Below, in pieces: positions 40,770-52,418 of a stretch of 64,000 nt of DNA. Every line of letters starts with the position of its first letter. The first letter of the stretch is position 1. The translations under genes were made by a program, and so were the position numbers. Source of the DNA: Candidatus Latescibacterota bacterium (GTDB lineage Bacteria; Latescibacterota; UBA2968; UBA8231); NCBI GenBank assembly GCA_965197905.1, contig CBDAOB010000003.1, positions 224,001-288,000 of the forward strand. Direction: 5' to 3'. A model generated the notes under the pieces. It saw only the letters and a program-made list of their open reading frames with translations, was not told where the DNA came from and ran no database searches.

Positions 40770-42400
40770 CTACTCGTTGATCAAGCCGTGCCGGTGGGCG
40801 TAGGAAGCTGCTTCGGTCCGATTATTGGCCCCGATCTTTGCTAGGATGTTTCTGACGTGCGTCTGGACCGTCTTGATGGAGATAAACAGCTGATCGGCGA
40901 TCTGTTGGTCGGTCTTGCCGCCGGCAAGGAGCCGCAGCAGCTCCACTTCGCGTTCCGTCAATCCGTGGGGATACTCCTCGTGGAGATCTTCGCCATGATG
41001 GAGTCGCCGGGCAAACGAGTAGGTCTGCGCCTGTGCCCGGGCGGTCGGCGCGTGGGCGGCCAGATAACGGGCAGCGGCAACCAACACGTGGACGCCAGCG
41101 TTGGTCTCAGCGAATGCGCCGTACTCGCGAAACGCTGCTTCGACGGCTTGGATAGTATGGAAGTCGCGGTCTTCACGCAGCAGTACGCCACCGAGCACAG
41201 CGAGTAGGCGTTTGGGAGTTCCGCCACTGAACAGGTATCGCGCTACCAATCGCCCGGCTTCATCCACCCGCCGCTGCCGGTCAAGGAGGACCGGCAGCTC
41301 CTCCAAGAGCTCCTCCGGCCTATCGACTTTGTCGTCGGACGGTGGAAGACGCGCCGCTGGCACGTTGAGAAAGCGGTCGAGGTAGACGCTCATGGCAGCG
41401 TCGAAAACGCCGCGCAGAAGCTCTCGCGAAGGCGCGCGCCGGAGACCTTCATGAACGGCATGAGCAAAGGAGAAGGTGTGGAGCGCTGTATTCCAATCCG
41501 CGTACTCGTTACTGGTGTGAAACTGCGCTATCCGCAGTGCCGCGGCGTAGGTAACTGCGCTGGCCAACTGCTGCTCGGTAGCTCCGTCGCGAAGAGCCGC
41601 CAGCAGTGCCGCAACGATCGTGCGCGCATCCTCCCCTAAGAGTACCGGACGTAATTTCTCCTCTCCCGACCATTGGCCGCGGTGGCGCCTTCCTGCATCA
41701 ACCGCATCCGGCAGCTCGTCGAACGCCTCCTCCAACAACGCGATGAGATCGACGGGCCTACGCCAATTCTTGGCCTCTTCCTTTCGATCTGCAGAAGCAT
41801 AACCTTTTGCAAGGCTCGGTCAATACTGCTTCAGCGTGCTCCCACCCGGCCACATCGAGGGCCTCAAGAGCTTTGTTGGTGAAATCGAGGCAATGGCCGG
41901 AGGCGATATAGCGGTGGTCTGTGACAGCAGAGAAGAGCATGTCGGCCATGTGACGGTGGTCGGCACCGATGCGCACCGCCGTGGCGATGCAGCGTTCTGC
42001 CCCCTCAGCATCGCGCACCTCCACAAACTGGCGAAACCAACGCTTGATGGTCTCTAGGTCAATGGTGGGATTTGGAAGCGGGCGAATCGGAAATCGTTTG
42101 GGCGACCAACACGTATCCTCCGCTATGGCACATAAACCCTGATAGAGCGCCAAAGGTTGGTTGTCGGTGTGCAGGTGAGGTAGCTGGTTGACCATGCAGG
42201 TAGCGATAGTCAACCCGGCGTCCCATCCAGCGCGTCGATGCCGAACACCGAAGTCGAGACCAATACGAAACGGCTCGACAGGATCAGCAGTCCCATCGAG
42301 GAGGGCAATTACAGACTTGCCGATGACCAGGTTGATTTCCCGTTGCAAACCTTCGCGAAGGCGCTCGTGATGGTGACCGACCTTGTCAGTAGCTGGTATT
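40770..42400 (-). CDS. His-rich helical enzyme-like domain fused to a C-terminal LuxR HTH; single frameshift near 41818; start uncertain
   Basis: The two ORFs join as ...EAVL/PSLAKGYASADRKEEAKNWRRPVDLIALLEEAF. C-terminus LTEREVELLRLLAGGKTDQQIADQLFISIKTVQTHVRNILAK. Confidence 0.75.
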
Positions 42401-42842
42401 GGCCTTGACCGACACCTCCCTCAAGCTCTGGTGAGTTCGAACGCCGGGATATGTCTCGTGACTGTCGTCAACAAAGGAGGCGTTGGCGGAAACGCTCCAA
42501 AGCCAGTTGGGCATTCATTGGTTTCTGAGCGTGCTCCTGGTCTGCGAACGAATATTCCGAGCCGGCATTTTGTGCTTCGTCAGAATACAACTCTAAGCAG
42601 TGAAGTAGATCAGGACGAGACAGGTCAAAAGGAACCCAGTCTGTCGTTGCAAGTACGCCGCCATACCTGAAGCCGACGACGTCGGTTGTCAGACCCTCGA
42701 TCCTCTCCGGTCCGTACTGGTAGGAGAGGCAGGACTGAATCCCCTTGTCTGATATTCTCGGTCTTGAGCCAAGCGGTTACGCGCGCGATTAGTGCGTGGC
42801 CCCTTCGGTTTCGGAAACGCTGAGTTTTCTTATGTGCACAAG

Positions 42843-43871
42843 CTAGAAGCTGCCCTCACGCTGGTCGTAGTGCGTTGGCTTGCCATACGACTCTCCACCT
42901 CTCTGGACCCAGTGGGCGTTCCAGCGGATCATGGTATCAAGATCAACTACGGGAGAACCAAACAGTTCGATGGCTTCTGCATTATCGCTGTGCCAGGCCT
43001 TATCGGCCTCTTCGCCCTTAAAGATGGGCTCGATTCGAAACATTTCTCCGAAGCGCCGGGCGACATACCTGATTTCTGCCGGCACTTCGGCACCGATATT
43101 GATAGCGGTTGCAGGAACTGTACCGTGGTGTAGACAACGCAGGATCTGAGCAGTGGAATCCGCCTGCCAGATTACGTTGGCCACGCCCGTGCGGATGTCA
43201 ATGGGTTGCCTATTTAGAACCTTCAAGGCGACATCGTGAAGAACCCCGTAACGCAAATCGATGGCATAGTTCAAGCGCACCAACCTCCCGGGGCTGTCGC
43301 TATGCCTAGAGAAATATTGAAAAATTCGTTCACGAGCCACGCACGAATTAGGATATTCCCCAAGGGGTTCCGGGGGGTGGGTTTCCGGTGCACTGCCGCT
43401 CCCATTAACCTCGACAAAGGGATATACACACAAGGTGGAAAAGGCCACAAATCGCGTTCTTCCTAGAATTTCACCGACGTGTGCAGGGACCATGGCGTTC
43501 ATCGCCCAGGTATCGGGTTCGGATCCGGCGGTGCCAAATTTCTTCCCCGCCATGTAAACGATATTTTCCATGCGTGGAAGCGTCTGTACAGCGCTGCGGT
43601 CCAGGAGATCCATAGCAATGGTCTCTATTCCGTATGCTTCCAACTGTTGCTTTGTCTTAGGTGCGGAGAAGCGCGCCACACCAATCACCCGTTTCTCAGG
43701 AGCGGCGCGTTTGGCCATCCTGGCGAGGGTCGGACCCACTTTTCCACCGACACCCAAAATCAGTATATCACCTTCCAAGCGGGCAAAATCCTCCACTAGA
43801 TCCGTCGTAGGGGTGGATTGAAGGTCTTCTAACTCGACAACACTTTCGATCACCTCGGGCAGAATGTGCAT
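42843..43871 (-). CDS. NAD-dependent epimerase/dehydratase family protein
   Basis: ILGVGGKVGPTL, YMAGKKFG, GEYPNSC, RLNYAIDLRYG, KPTHY. Confidence 0.88.
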   Translation of the reverse strand: MHILPEVIESVVELEDLQSTPTTDLVEDFARLEGDILILGVGGKVGPTLARMAKRAAPEKRVIGVARFSAPKTKQQLEAYGIETIAMDLLDRSAVQTLPRMENIVYMAGKKFGTAGSEPDTWAMNAMVPAHVGEILGRTRFVAFSTLCVYPFVEVNGSGSAPETHPPEPLGEYPNSCVARERIFQYFSRHSDSPGRLVRLNYAIDLRYGVLHDVALKVLNRQPIDIRTGVANVIWQADSTAQILRCLHHGTVPATAINIGAEVPAEIRYVARRFGEMFRIEPIFKGEEADKAWHSDNAEAIELFGSPVVDLDTMIRWNAHWVQRGGESYGKPTHYDQREGSF

Positions 43872-43878
43872 TACAGGC

Positions 43879-44577
43879 CTATCCTTCAGTCAGCGCGCAG
43901 CGAAACCCGAAGTCGCTGAACTGTTTCTCGGGGGCCAGACTCGAGCGTGCGGCACAGCGCGAGAAGCGGATCTGGTGGCGCCAGGAGCCGCCGCGGCCGA
44001 CACACCGGTTGCCCGACGTCGGTCCCAGTGGGTTGCGGTCTGGAGAGTAGCTGTAGTAGGCTTTGTCGTAGTAGTCGGAGCACCACTCGTGCACGCCGGC
44101 CGACATGTCGTAGAGGCCGTAGCCATTGGGACCGTCGAGGCCAACAGAGTGCAGCGGCGCATCGCGCCCGCCCCGGTGGTCGCAAGGCAGTTGAGCGCCC
44201 CACGGGTAGGTGGTTCCTTCCAGACCGCCTCGAGCCGCTTTTTCGCGTTCGGCTTCGGTAGGTAACCGGTAGCTCCTGACGGTCATCGCAGACAACCATT
44301 CGCAGTAGGCTACGGCGTCAAACCAGTTGGCGCCGACAACGGGTTGGTCAGGGTGTTGAAATTGCGGCTCGTGCCAAAAGATCGGAGGCTCACGGCCGCT
44401 AGCTGCCGTGAACAGGGCGTACTCGCCCCGAGTGACGGGGAATTTGGCCAGCGCGAACAGGTCGATCCAGACGCGGTGGACAGGCCTTTCGTTGGGACTG
44501 TAACCGTCGCTGCCCATCAGGAAATCGCCGGCGGGTATGGCGATGGTTGCGGGTTCGATGAAGTCAGGCGTCGACAT
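43879..44577 (-). CDS. FGE-sulfatase (SUMF1/EgtB/PvdO) domain protein
   Basis: FLMGS, RLPTEAERE, YPWG, PNGYGLYDMSAGVHEW, RGGSW, GFRCA. Confidence 0.88.
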   Translation of the reverse strand: MSTPDFIEPATIAIPAGDFLMGSDGYSPNERPVHRVWIDLFALAKFPVTRGEYALFTAASGREPPIFWHEPQFQHPDQPVVGANWFDAVAYCEWLSAMTVRSYRLPTEAEREKAARGGLEGTTYPWGAQLPCDHRGGRDAPLHSVGLDGPNGYGLYDMSAGVHEWCSDYYDKAYYSYSPDRNPLGPTSGNRCVGRGGSWRHQIRFSRCAARSSLAPEKQFSDFGFRCALTEG

Positions 44578-44737
44578 GGGAACGTTCAACACGGACAGTA
44601 TTACCGGTAACGAACTTAATGATAATAGCAGTCGGTTGGAATCTTTTAACGGAATTGCGGCAGCGCGCGTTATGGAACCCTACTATTGGGAACTAGTGGG
44701 AACGCTCAAGAGAAGGATGTACTTGGCGTAAGCTAAG

Positions 44738-46325
<1,588 letters not shown>

Positions 46326-46374
46326 CATCCACCATATCGACGCCTTCACTGTTGCCGGCACACCATGATTGGCG

Positions 46375-46980
46375 CTATGAAGATTTGTTTGCGCGCGCGC
46401 GTGTCAATATCTCCCGGACGACTTCGGACTTGGCATCGGCATAGTTCTGCGTGTACTTCCAGGTACGAGCCGCAAGTTCGCGTTTGGTCTCTTCGTAGAG
46501 CAACCTATCCTCAGCATGCTGCCGCAGCCAATCGCGGAACAACAGCATCTGCTCAATTTCTTCACATCCATCAGAGAACACGTGTAAATTTCCTAGCACG
46601 TCCGGTGGATTCAACAGCCGGTGCTCATACCAATCCGGTTCTCGGACCCGTAGTGTATATCCTATTTTCTCCAATGGTCTGACGTACGACGACTCATCGC
46701 TTGAATCCGCCACGGCCAGTAGCATGTCGATAACCGGCTTTGCCGACAATCTGGGTACCGATGTCGATCCTACATGCTCCAGAAGCCGTATCTTATCTCC
46801 GAGTGCTTCACGTATCTGCTGCTCTAATCGAAGGAACAGCGACGGCCACACTGGGTCATACGGAGCCAGGTGAATCGTGCTGTTCGAGGGGAGCCTTTCC
46901 CCGACCGTGGCAGCAATGATCTGTTCCTCGGTCATCGGTGTGTTCGCCTTGGGCGGGCTTGTCGATCCATTTTCTGTCAT
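46375..46980 (-). CDS. GrpB/UPF0157 nucleotidyltransferase-like protein
   Basis: YDPVWP, EHVGSTSVP, AKPVID, LHVF, FRDWLR, YADAKS. Confidence 0.9.
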   Translation of the reverse strand: MTENGSTSPPKANTPMTEEQIIAATVGERLPSNSTIHLAPYDPVWPSLFLRLEQQIREALGDKIRLLEHVGSTSVPRLSAKPVIDMLLAVADSSDESSYVRPLEKIGYTLRVREPDWYEHRLLNPPDVLGNLHVFSDGCEEIEQMLLFRDWLRQHAEDRLLYEETKRELAARTWKYTQNYADAKSEVVREILTRARANKSS

Positions 46981-47255
46981 CTACGCTACCACGGCTACTC
47001 GGCTGTGTGACCACGCGCCTTACTGGCCTCATCCGGCTTGTAAAAAGACTCCGACGAGGCCGTCAGCTTCAGTCCCATTCCCTTGATAGCAGTGTCGGGG
47101 ACTTTTTCTAGCGGCGTATATGGCTCATGACCGGATCGGCTTCGGAAGCGCCTGGCAAAAGACCCGTTTCAACACGGTCGAAGAGTTCCGTCTACTTTCG
47201 CGCCAACTAGGCTTAGCCGAGCCTGGATGACCTGCGGTTCCAGCCGCGCTTCAAA

Positions 47256-47747
47256 TTACCACGTAGTGGGTATAGGAAGCAAAAGATCTCCTTGAATAGG
47301 CACAAAGCGCGTCGCGGATTCGATTAGGCGACTAGCGGTTAGCTCTGGGACGCCGTACACTTCAACGGATACGGAGAATTCCTTGGCTAGTTTGTCAATT
47401 GCAAGAGCGTAGTCTCCGTCACCCGACACGAGGACAGCGATATCCACGCGATCCGCGTATGCCAGCATATCGACCGCAATCCCTACGTCCCAGTCGCCCT
47501 TGGCCGAGCCATCAGCCCTCTGAATATAGGGCGTGAGCTTTACCTCAAAACCGAGCCGTTTCAGAATCTGCTGAAACTGGGCTTGCTTTCTGTCGCCTTT
47601 GTCGACAGCGTACGCTATAGCTTTCACCAAATTCCGGCCGGCTGTCACTTCCCTGAGGAAAGTACCATAGTCGAAGTGGCAGTTATGCTGTTCCTTAACT
47701 GTGTAATAGACATTCTGCACATCTGCGAATACGGCGACGCGGCTCAT
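47256..47747 (-). CDS. NYN domain (LabA/DUF88) protein
   Basis: FADVQNVYY, KGDWDVGIAVD, LVSGDGDY, VEVYG. Confidence 0.9.
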   Translation of the reverse strand: MSRVAVFADVQNVYYTVKEQHNCHFDYGTFLREVTAGRNLVKAIAYAVDKGDRKQAQFQQILKRLGFEVKLTPYIQRADGSAKGDWDVGIAVDMLAYADRVDIAVLVSGDGDYALAIDKLAKEFSVSVEVYGVPELTASRLIESATRFVPIQGDLLLPIPTTW

Positions 47748-47783
47748 TGATTCTCAGTCGAAATCAGTAGGTAAATGGGGTGA

Positions 47784-47975
47784 CTAAGCCAGCAGCTTCA
47801 GTGCCACGGTTTGGTAGCCCGATTCCTCGCGAACCTCCCTGACTACAGACTCACTTGGCGACTCGTTGACATCGACCCATCCCCCTGGAAGTGTCCACCT
47901 ACCGTCCGAACGCTCTTTGACCAACAGAACGGAATCCCCGTCGAAGACGACACCTCGCACGTTGACTTTGGGCAT
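47784..47975 (-). pseudogene. NUDIX hydrolase fragment (63 aa)
   Basis: PKVNVRGVVF...WTLPGGWVDVNESPSESVVREVREESG, then a stop. Both flanking parts of the fold are missing. Confidence 0.7.
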
Positions 47976-50077
47976 TACATCCCGTACCATCGGCGCATCG
48001 TCTGCTCCGCTGGCTTGTTCTGTGGCGTAAAATCCCGGTTCCGAACGCCTCCCGCATCGCGGTAGTACGGATGCCATTTCCAGAAATAGACGCCGGCAAA
48101 AAGGTCCTTTTCCCAAAAGGTCTCGAAAAACGCCTCGTAGCAGTTCGCTTGTGTCTGCAGCCCCTCCTCGATGGACGCTCTCACGTCACTGATCTCCCAT
48201 TCCCAAGGTCGTTCAGCGGCATCGATCATACTGTGGTAACCGATCTCGGTGATGATGACCGGTTTTTGAAATTTGTCATGGATGCGCTCGATCGAGAGCA
48301 TGTGTTTCTCCCACCCACGCCTCAAGTCCGCAACCGTTGGGACGGACTCTTTACCCGACTCCTTAACATATCTGTCTTCCTCCATCAAAGGGAAATAGGC
48401 CTGAATACCTATGTAGTCCAGGTCGTCCCAAAAAGACACCTCCTCAAACTCCTTGTACCAGTTGGCCGCGTAGATGAGCTTGCCATGGTAGATGGCGCGG
48501 ATCTCGGCGATGAGCCGGCGCCAGTCCGCCTCCCGCTCGACCGCCGTGCGATGGAGTTCGGTGCCGATGCAGAGGACGTCGATCCTTTCATCATCGGCCA
48601 GCTTTGCGTAGTGGAGGATAAAGGTCCGGTACTGGTCAAACCATGCTTGCCAATCCTCTTCGCTGTCCATGGCAATATCACTGCGCCATTTGTCGCCACT
48701 CCGCGTTAGCCAGATGTGAGGTTTAAGCATAGTCCGAATGCCGAATTTCTTCGCCAATCGGCTCGTCTCCGCAAGGCCGCGATCACTCTCGCCTTCACCG
48801 CTATTGGGTCTAAACCGAATCTTGGTGGAGTTGTGCCTGGTCTGCCAGCCGAAGGTGGTTTGCGAAATCCACTCGACCCCACATCGAACCAGCGGCAACA
48901 TATGGTGCTCTGTAAGATCGTCCCCTCCCGCGACCCAGCATACGCCGCGATGGATGCGGGCCATATCTACGGGCGCGGCAAAATAATCCGACGGCTGAAC
49001 ACGTTTGACTGCCTGGGGGCCCAGGGACACAGCCGCATCCGCCATGACGCGCACCGAGACAGGGTTTCCACTTTCTACCCTGAAATCATCGGCGTCCACT
49101 CGATAGGTCGAAGGAGGCAATCGGGCCACAAATCTACCGTGATCATCCGTGTTGAGCCGGATGTGAAACGACGAGTCGGACTCAGGTTCGATGCTCACCT
49201 GGCGAGGGGGAGCTTCATCCGTCTCATCCAGCCAGGTCATCTTTCCCCTTAATTCACCGACCGGGTCGATATCCGGCACCAAAAGCAGGTCGCCGATCAA
49301 GTTGTCCGCATGGCCCCAGGGTTGCTCGCCCCAGCCAATTACTGAAAATCTGCGGGCCTCTTGTCCATCTACATCGCACAGAGCAACAGCAAGGGACCAC
49401 GCCTCGCCCGGTTTAATCCGAGCTACACCAATACCGGCTACATCTAACTTCCATTCGTAGGTGTGGTGACCATCTATTCTCCGAACCGCGAACTCCACAA
49501 ACCGTTTCTCAACTGTTTTGGCGCGAAAGGCAAAAAACGGCGGACTTCCTGCGATTCCAAACTGCTCGGCGCGTCCCGGTGTGTGCAGGGGTGACAAGGC
49601 GAAGCCCCCGTTGTCCCTGATGGGCGAACCGGGCAGTTCTAGGGTTGTAGTATCATCCTCAACTTCAAGGCCTACAAAGACGGCATTTTCAGCGATATTG
49701 TAGCCAACGCGGAAGCGGCCTCGGAAGTCCGTGCTGTCCCGGGGCGAATTGTGTGCAAATGCCTCGAGTGGATAGAGGGGTGAAACGGGCCAGTCGGAGA
49801 GGTCTCCGTCGATATGGATAGAGGGCATTGGATAAGCTAGGGCAAGCGTGCCATTGTGAGCCTGGACGGGTACGGCGGCGAGCAGGAGGAGCAAGACGAC
49901 CGGAAAGTACAGGACAGCTGCCCTAACGCACTTTCGATATCGCCTAGACGGACAATTCGATGTGGTCGGCTCGGGAGCTATTAGGCGATGCACCCGGTTA
50001 CAGAATCTTGCGAAAGAAGATTTCGCCAACGCACCATCGTTCATTTCGTTGATTATTCCGCAATCGCGAAAGCCCAT
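47975..50077 (-). CDS. GH113-like glycoside hydrolase with N-terminal CBM9/DOMON-like domain (start uncertain)
   Basis: MLKPHIW, CIGTEL, YAANW, GIQAYFPL, ITEIGY, FTPQNKPAE. N-terminal IHIDGDLSDW and a signal-like segment. Confidence 0.85.
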   Translation of the reverse strand: MGFRDCGIINEMNDGALAKSSFARFCNRVHRLIAPEPTTSNCPSRRYRKCVRAAVLYFPVVLLLLLAAVPVQAHNGTLALAYPMPSIHIDGDLSDWPVSPLYPLEAFAHNSPRDSTDFRGRFRVGYNIAENAVFVGLEVEDDTTTLELPGSPIRDNGGFALSPLHTPGRAEQFGIAGSPPFFAFRAKTVEKRFVEFAVRRIDGHHTYEWKLDVAGIGVARIKPGEAWSLAVALCDVDGQEARRFSVIGWGEQPWGHADNLIGDLLLVPDIDPVGELRGKMTWLDETDEAPPRQVSIEPESDSSFHIRLNTDDHGRFVARLPPSTYRVDADDFRVESGNPVSVRVMADAAVSLGPQAVKRVQPSDYFAAPVDMARIHRGVCWVAGGDDLTEHHMLPLVRCGVEWISQTTFGWQTRHNSTKIRFRPNSGEGESDRGLAETSRLAKKFGIRTMLKPHIWLTRSGDKWRSDIAMDSEEDWQAWFDQYRTFILHYAKLADDERIDVLCIGTELHRTAVEREADWRRLIAEIRAIYHGKLIYAANWYKEFEEVSFWDDLDYIGIQAYFPLMEEDRYVKESGKESVPTVADLRRGWEKHMLSIERIHDKFQKPVIITEIGYHSMIDAAERPWEWEISDVRASIEEGLQTQANCYEAFFETFWEKDLFAGVYFWKWHPYYRDAGGVRNRDFTPQNKPAEQTMRRWYGM

Positions 50078-50102
50078 GTGCCGACGACCAACGCTCGGAT
50101 GG

Positions 50103-50933
50103 TTAACGATCTATGAGCATTCTAGCGACGAATGCCCAAGGAATCTCCCTGAAGTTTGATTGGCCTAACTCCCTTTCCTCCTGTGGCCCAAATACGGGCT
50201 CGGCGATTCCGTTCATGACCAGACCGGCCTCGAAGAGGGCCGAGAGCAGCACGGACAAGGGTCGATGGAAGTAGTGCTGTGGATCTCTACCGCAGATACC
50301 TTTGCCGACGCCAGCGACAGGTGTGATATAGGAGCTCACCTTGATCGTGTGAATCTGCTGTCTTCCATGCTCGCCATAGAGTTCTTCAACTAACCGTGAC
50401 GTGCCAGCCACGTTGTTGAAGCACGGGTGCACAAGCGAGAAAACAAATCTCCCTTCCGTTTTCAAGATTCTAGGGATGGTTCGAGCCAGGGGACGGATCT
50501 CCGCCAAATCCATGAGTGCCATGTTGCACACAACGGCGTCGTAGGTGTCATCACTGAGCGAGGCAAGCTGCTCCTTTGACGTGGCATCCATCACCGAGTA
50601 TCTAATCTGCCCGTCACCTTCACTGGTTCGCCGACTAGCCATGTCGATCATTGCCTGGCTCACGTCAATCGCTGTAACCCGCGCACCCAACCGCGCTAGA
50701 TGGCGAGAATAGATGCCATTCCCGCAACCGACATCCAGCACGACATCTCCGTCAACGGGAGAGAGCATTTCATCGACCGAGGGCCTGACCAGCTCCAGGT
50801 GGAAGTCGTTCCCGTCGTCTCCCATCCGATGGTCCCACACGTCGGCCTGATTGTCCCACTCGACGTTGGAAATACCAGAATATTCAGGCCACTCGGCCGG
50901 AGGCTGATCCATAGATCTCATATCACAACGCAA
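50103..50933 (-). CDS. Class I SAM-dependent methyltransferase
   Basis: VLDVGCGNG, CNMALMD, FSLVHPCF, YFHRPLS. Confidence 0.9.
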   Translation of the reverse strand: MRCDMRSMDQPPAEWPEYSGISNVEWDNQADVWDHRMGDDGNDFHLELVRPSVDEMLSPVDGDVVLDVGCGNGIYSRHLARLGARVTAIDVSQAMIDMASRRTSEGDGQIRYSVMDATSKEQLASLSDDTYDAVVCNMALMDLAEIRPLARTIPRILKTEGRFVFSLVHPCFNNVAGTSRLVEELYGEHGRQQIHTIKVSSYITPVAGVGKGICGRDPQHYFHRPLSVLLSALFEAGLVMNGIAEPVFGPQEERELGQSNFREIPWAFVARMLIDR

Positions 50934-50961
50934 GCCCGAACCTCCTTAGGTGATCTTGGCA

Positions 50962-51552
50962 CTAGCTTGAGCCACCGAAATCGATCTTTAATCCGACTCC
51001 TCCACCGATTCCAATGGGAATGTCATCACCAAAAATGACATCCATGCGAAATTCGATAGGGATAGTGAACGCTGCAGAAAAGGGGACCTCGCGACCAATG
51101 GCCAGCGGTATTCCGACGGTTGATCCAGACCCGTTGAAAAAGACATGCAGGTTGGCCCCAGTCAAAAGGTAGTAGTGAGGGGGGATACGCAGCCTTACAA
51201 GGCCGCCTAGATGTCCGGTCCAAATAGTTCCCCAGCGCCATCTAGGACTCAGGCCGCGAGGAATATGTTTTTCTTCCCAATAATACAATCTGTTAAAACC
51301 AACCTCTGGACCGAGCGAAACCTTTTCGGATTTGCTAAACAGTATCTGAATTAGCCCGTTGTAATTAAACTGATTCGACTCTACCAACCCCTCGTCGGTA
51401 ACGCGAGAATATTCAGGAATTCCCATAGCTTCGGAGACATCGACGATGGTGTATCCGAAATTGTTTTGAAGGTTTACATCGAATCTACGGGGTTGAGATT
51501 GGGCATCGGAGGATACAACAACAGCTAAAATTAGGAGGTATATCGTTTTCAT
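50962..51552 (-). CDS. Hypothetical exported beta-rich (outer-membrane barrel-like) protein
   Basis: AAGGA SD, signal peptide MKTIYLLILAVVVSSDAQS, alternating beta strands. Confidence 0.6.
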   Translation of the reverse strand: MKTIYLLILAVVVSSDAQSQPRRFDVNLQNNFGYTIVDVSEAMGIPEYSRVTDEGLVESNQFNYNGLIQILFSKSEKVSLGPEVGFNRLYYWEEKHIPRGLSPRWRWGTIWTGHLGGLVRLRIPPHYYLLTGANLHVFFNGSGSTVGIPLAIGREVPFSAAFTIPIEFRMDVIFGDDIPIGIGGGVGLKIDFGGSS

Positions 51553-51596
51553 TTGGTCCTTCCTTGTCGGACACCTGGTTTTCCGCCAGGGCAAGA

Positions 51597-52301
51597 TCAG
51601 GAGCGGGATTTCACGAACTCCAACACGATGAGGAAAGGGACCTGAACCCAACCGCTCCGCCGCTCTTCGGGTTCATTTGGACCGGGGGCAGGTTCCAACA
51701 GAGTGCGGAGCAGGAAACCACACTCCGAAAATGCTTTGATGTACTCGCCCATTGTTCGGTGATAATGATAGACCTCGATGCCTACCGTGGCCATGCCTTT
51801 ATAGATTCGTGTGGTTCCAGAATCGAAATAGGTGTCCGCCTTCTCTCTCAACACGGCTGAATACGGATTGTTTAGCAATAGGACGGCTCGCCCTCCGGGT
51901 TTCGTTACCGATCCCAACGTTGAGATGTACCCTTCATGGTCTGGCACGTCATTCAATACGAAGTAGCTTGCCACCAGATCGAACTGTTCACGGAATTGTG
52001 GAAGAGGGTCGCTGAGATTGGCCACGAAGTACTCGATAGATCCCTCGTTTCTTCGCTTGGCCTTTTCCACCAATTTCGGCGAAACGTCGACACCAGTAAC
52101 TATGGCTCCCTTTGAGTCGAGTACGCGCGCGACAAAGCCTTCGCCGCAGCCAGCGTCTAACACCCGTTGCCCATCGACCTCACCGATCACAGTGAAGAAG
52201 TCGGCCGCTACGAGATCTTTGCCGAGATCCTTCTCGTCGCGACTACCTACCCAGCAGTCATATTCCTCAGCGCATTGATCGTATGTATTGACATCATTCA
52301 T
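51597..52301 (-). CDS. Class I SAM-dependent methyltransferase (SD displaced by IS insertion)
   Basis: VLDAGCGEG, GVDVSP, FDLV, KPGGR, YHRT. Confidence 0.9.
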   Translation of the reverse strand: MNDVNTYDQCAEEYDCWVGSRDEKDLGKDLVAADFFTVIGEVDGQRVLDAGCGEGFVARVLDSKGAIVTGVDVSPKLVEKAKRRNEGSIEYFVANLSDPLPQFREQFDLVASYFVLNDVPDHEGYISTLGSVTKPGGRAVLLLNNPYSAVLREKADTYFDSGTTRIYKGMATVGIEVYHYHRTMGEYIKAFSECGFLLRTLLEPAPGPNEPEERRSGWVQVPFLIVLEFVKSRS

Positions 52302-52418
52302 AGTCTATTCGAGCTATAATCAAAAGGTGTGGAAATACACAGAAGGCGATCCTACCCTTCCTTTGTAATTAGACATTACACGCGCCGGGGCTGTCCCGGC
52401 AGGAAGAGGAGAATCGCC

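Noticed and set aside
43879..44577. True formylglycine-generating enzyme
   Set aside because: Lacks the CxxxxC after RGGS (reads RGGSWRHQIRFSR)
46375..52301. Integron cassette array (co-oriented GrpB, NYN, NUDIX, methyltransferases)
   Set aside because: No convincing paired RYYYAAC/GTTRRRY attC sites and no integrase. IntegronFinder would settle it.
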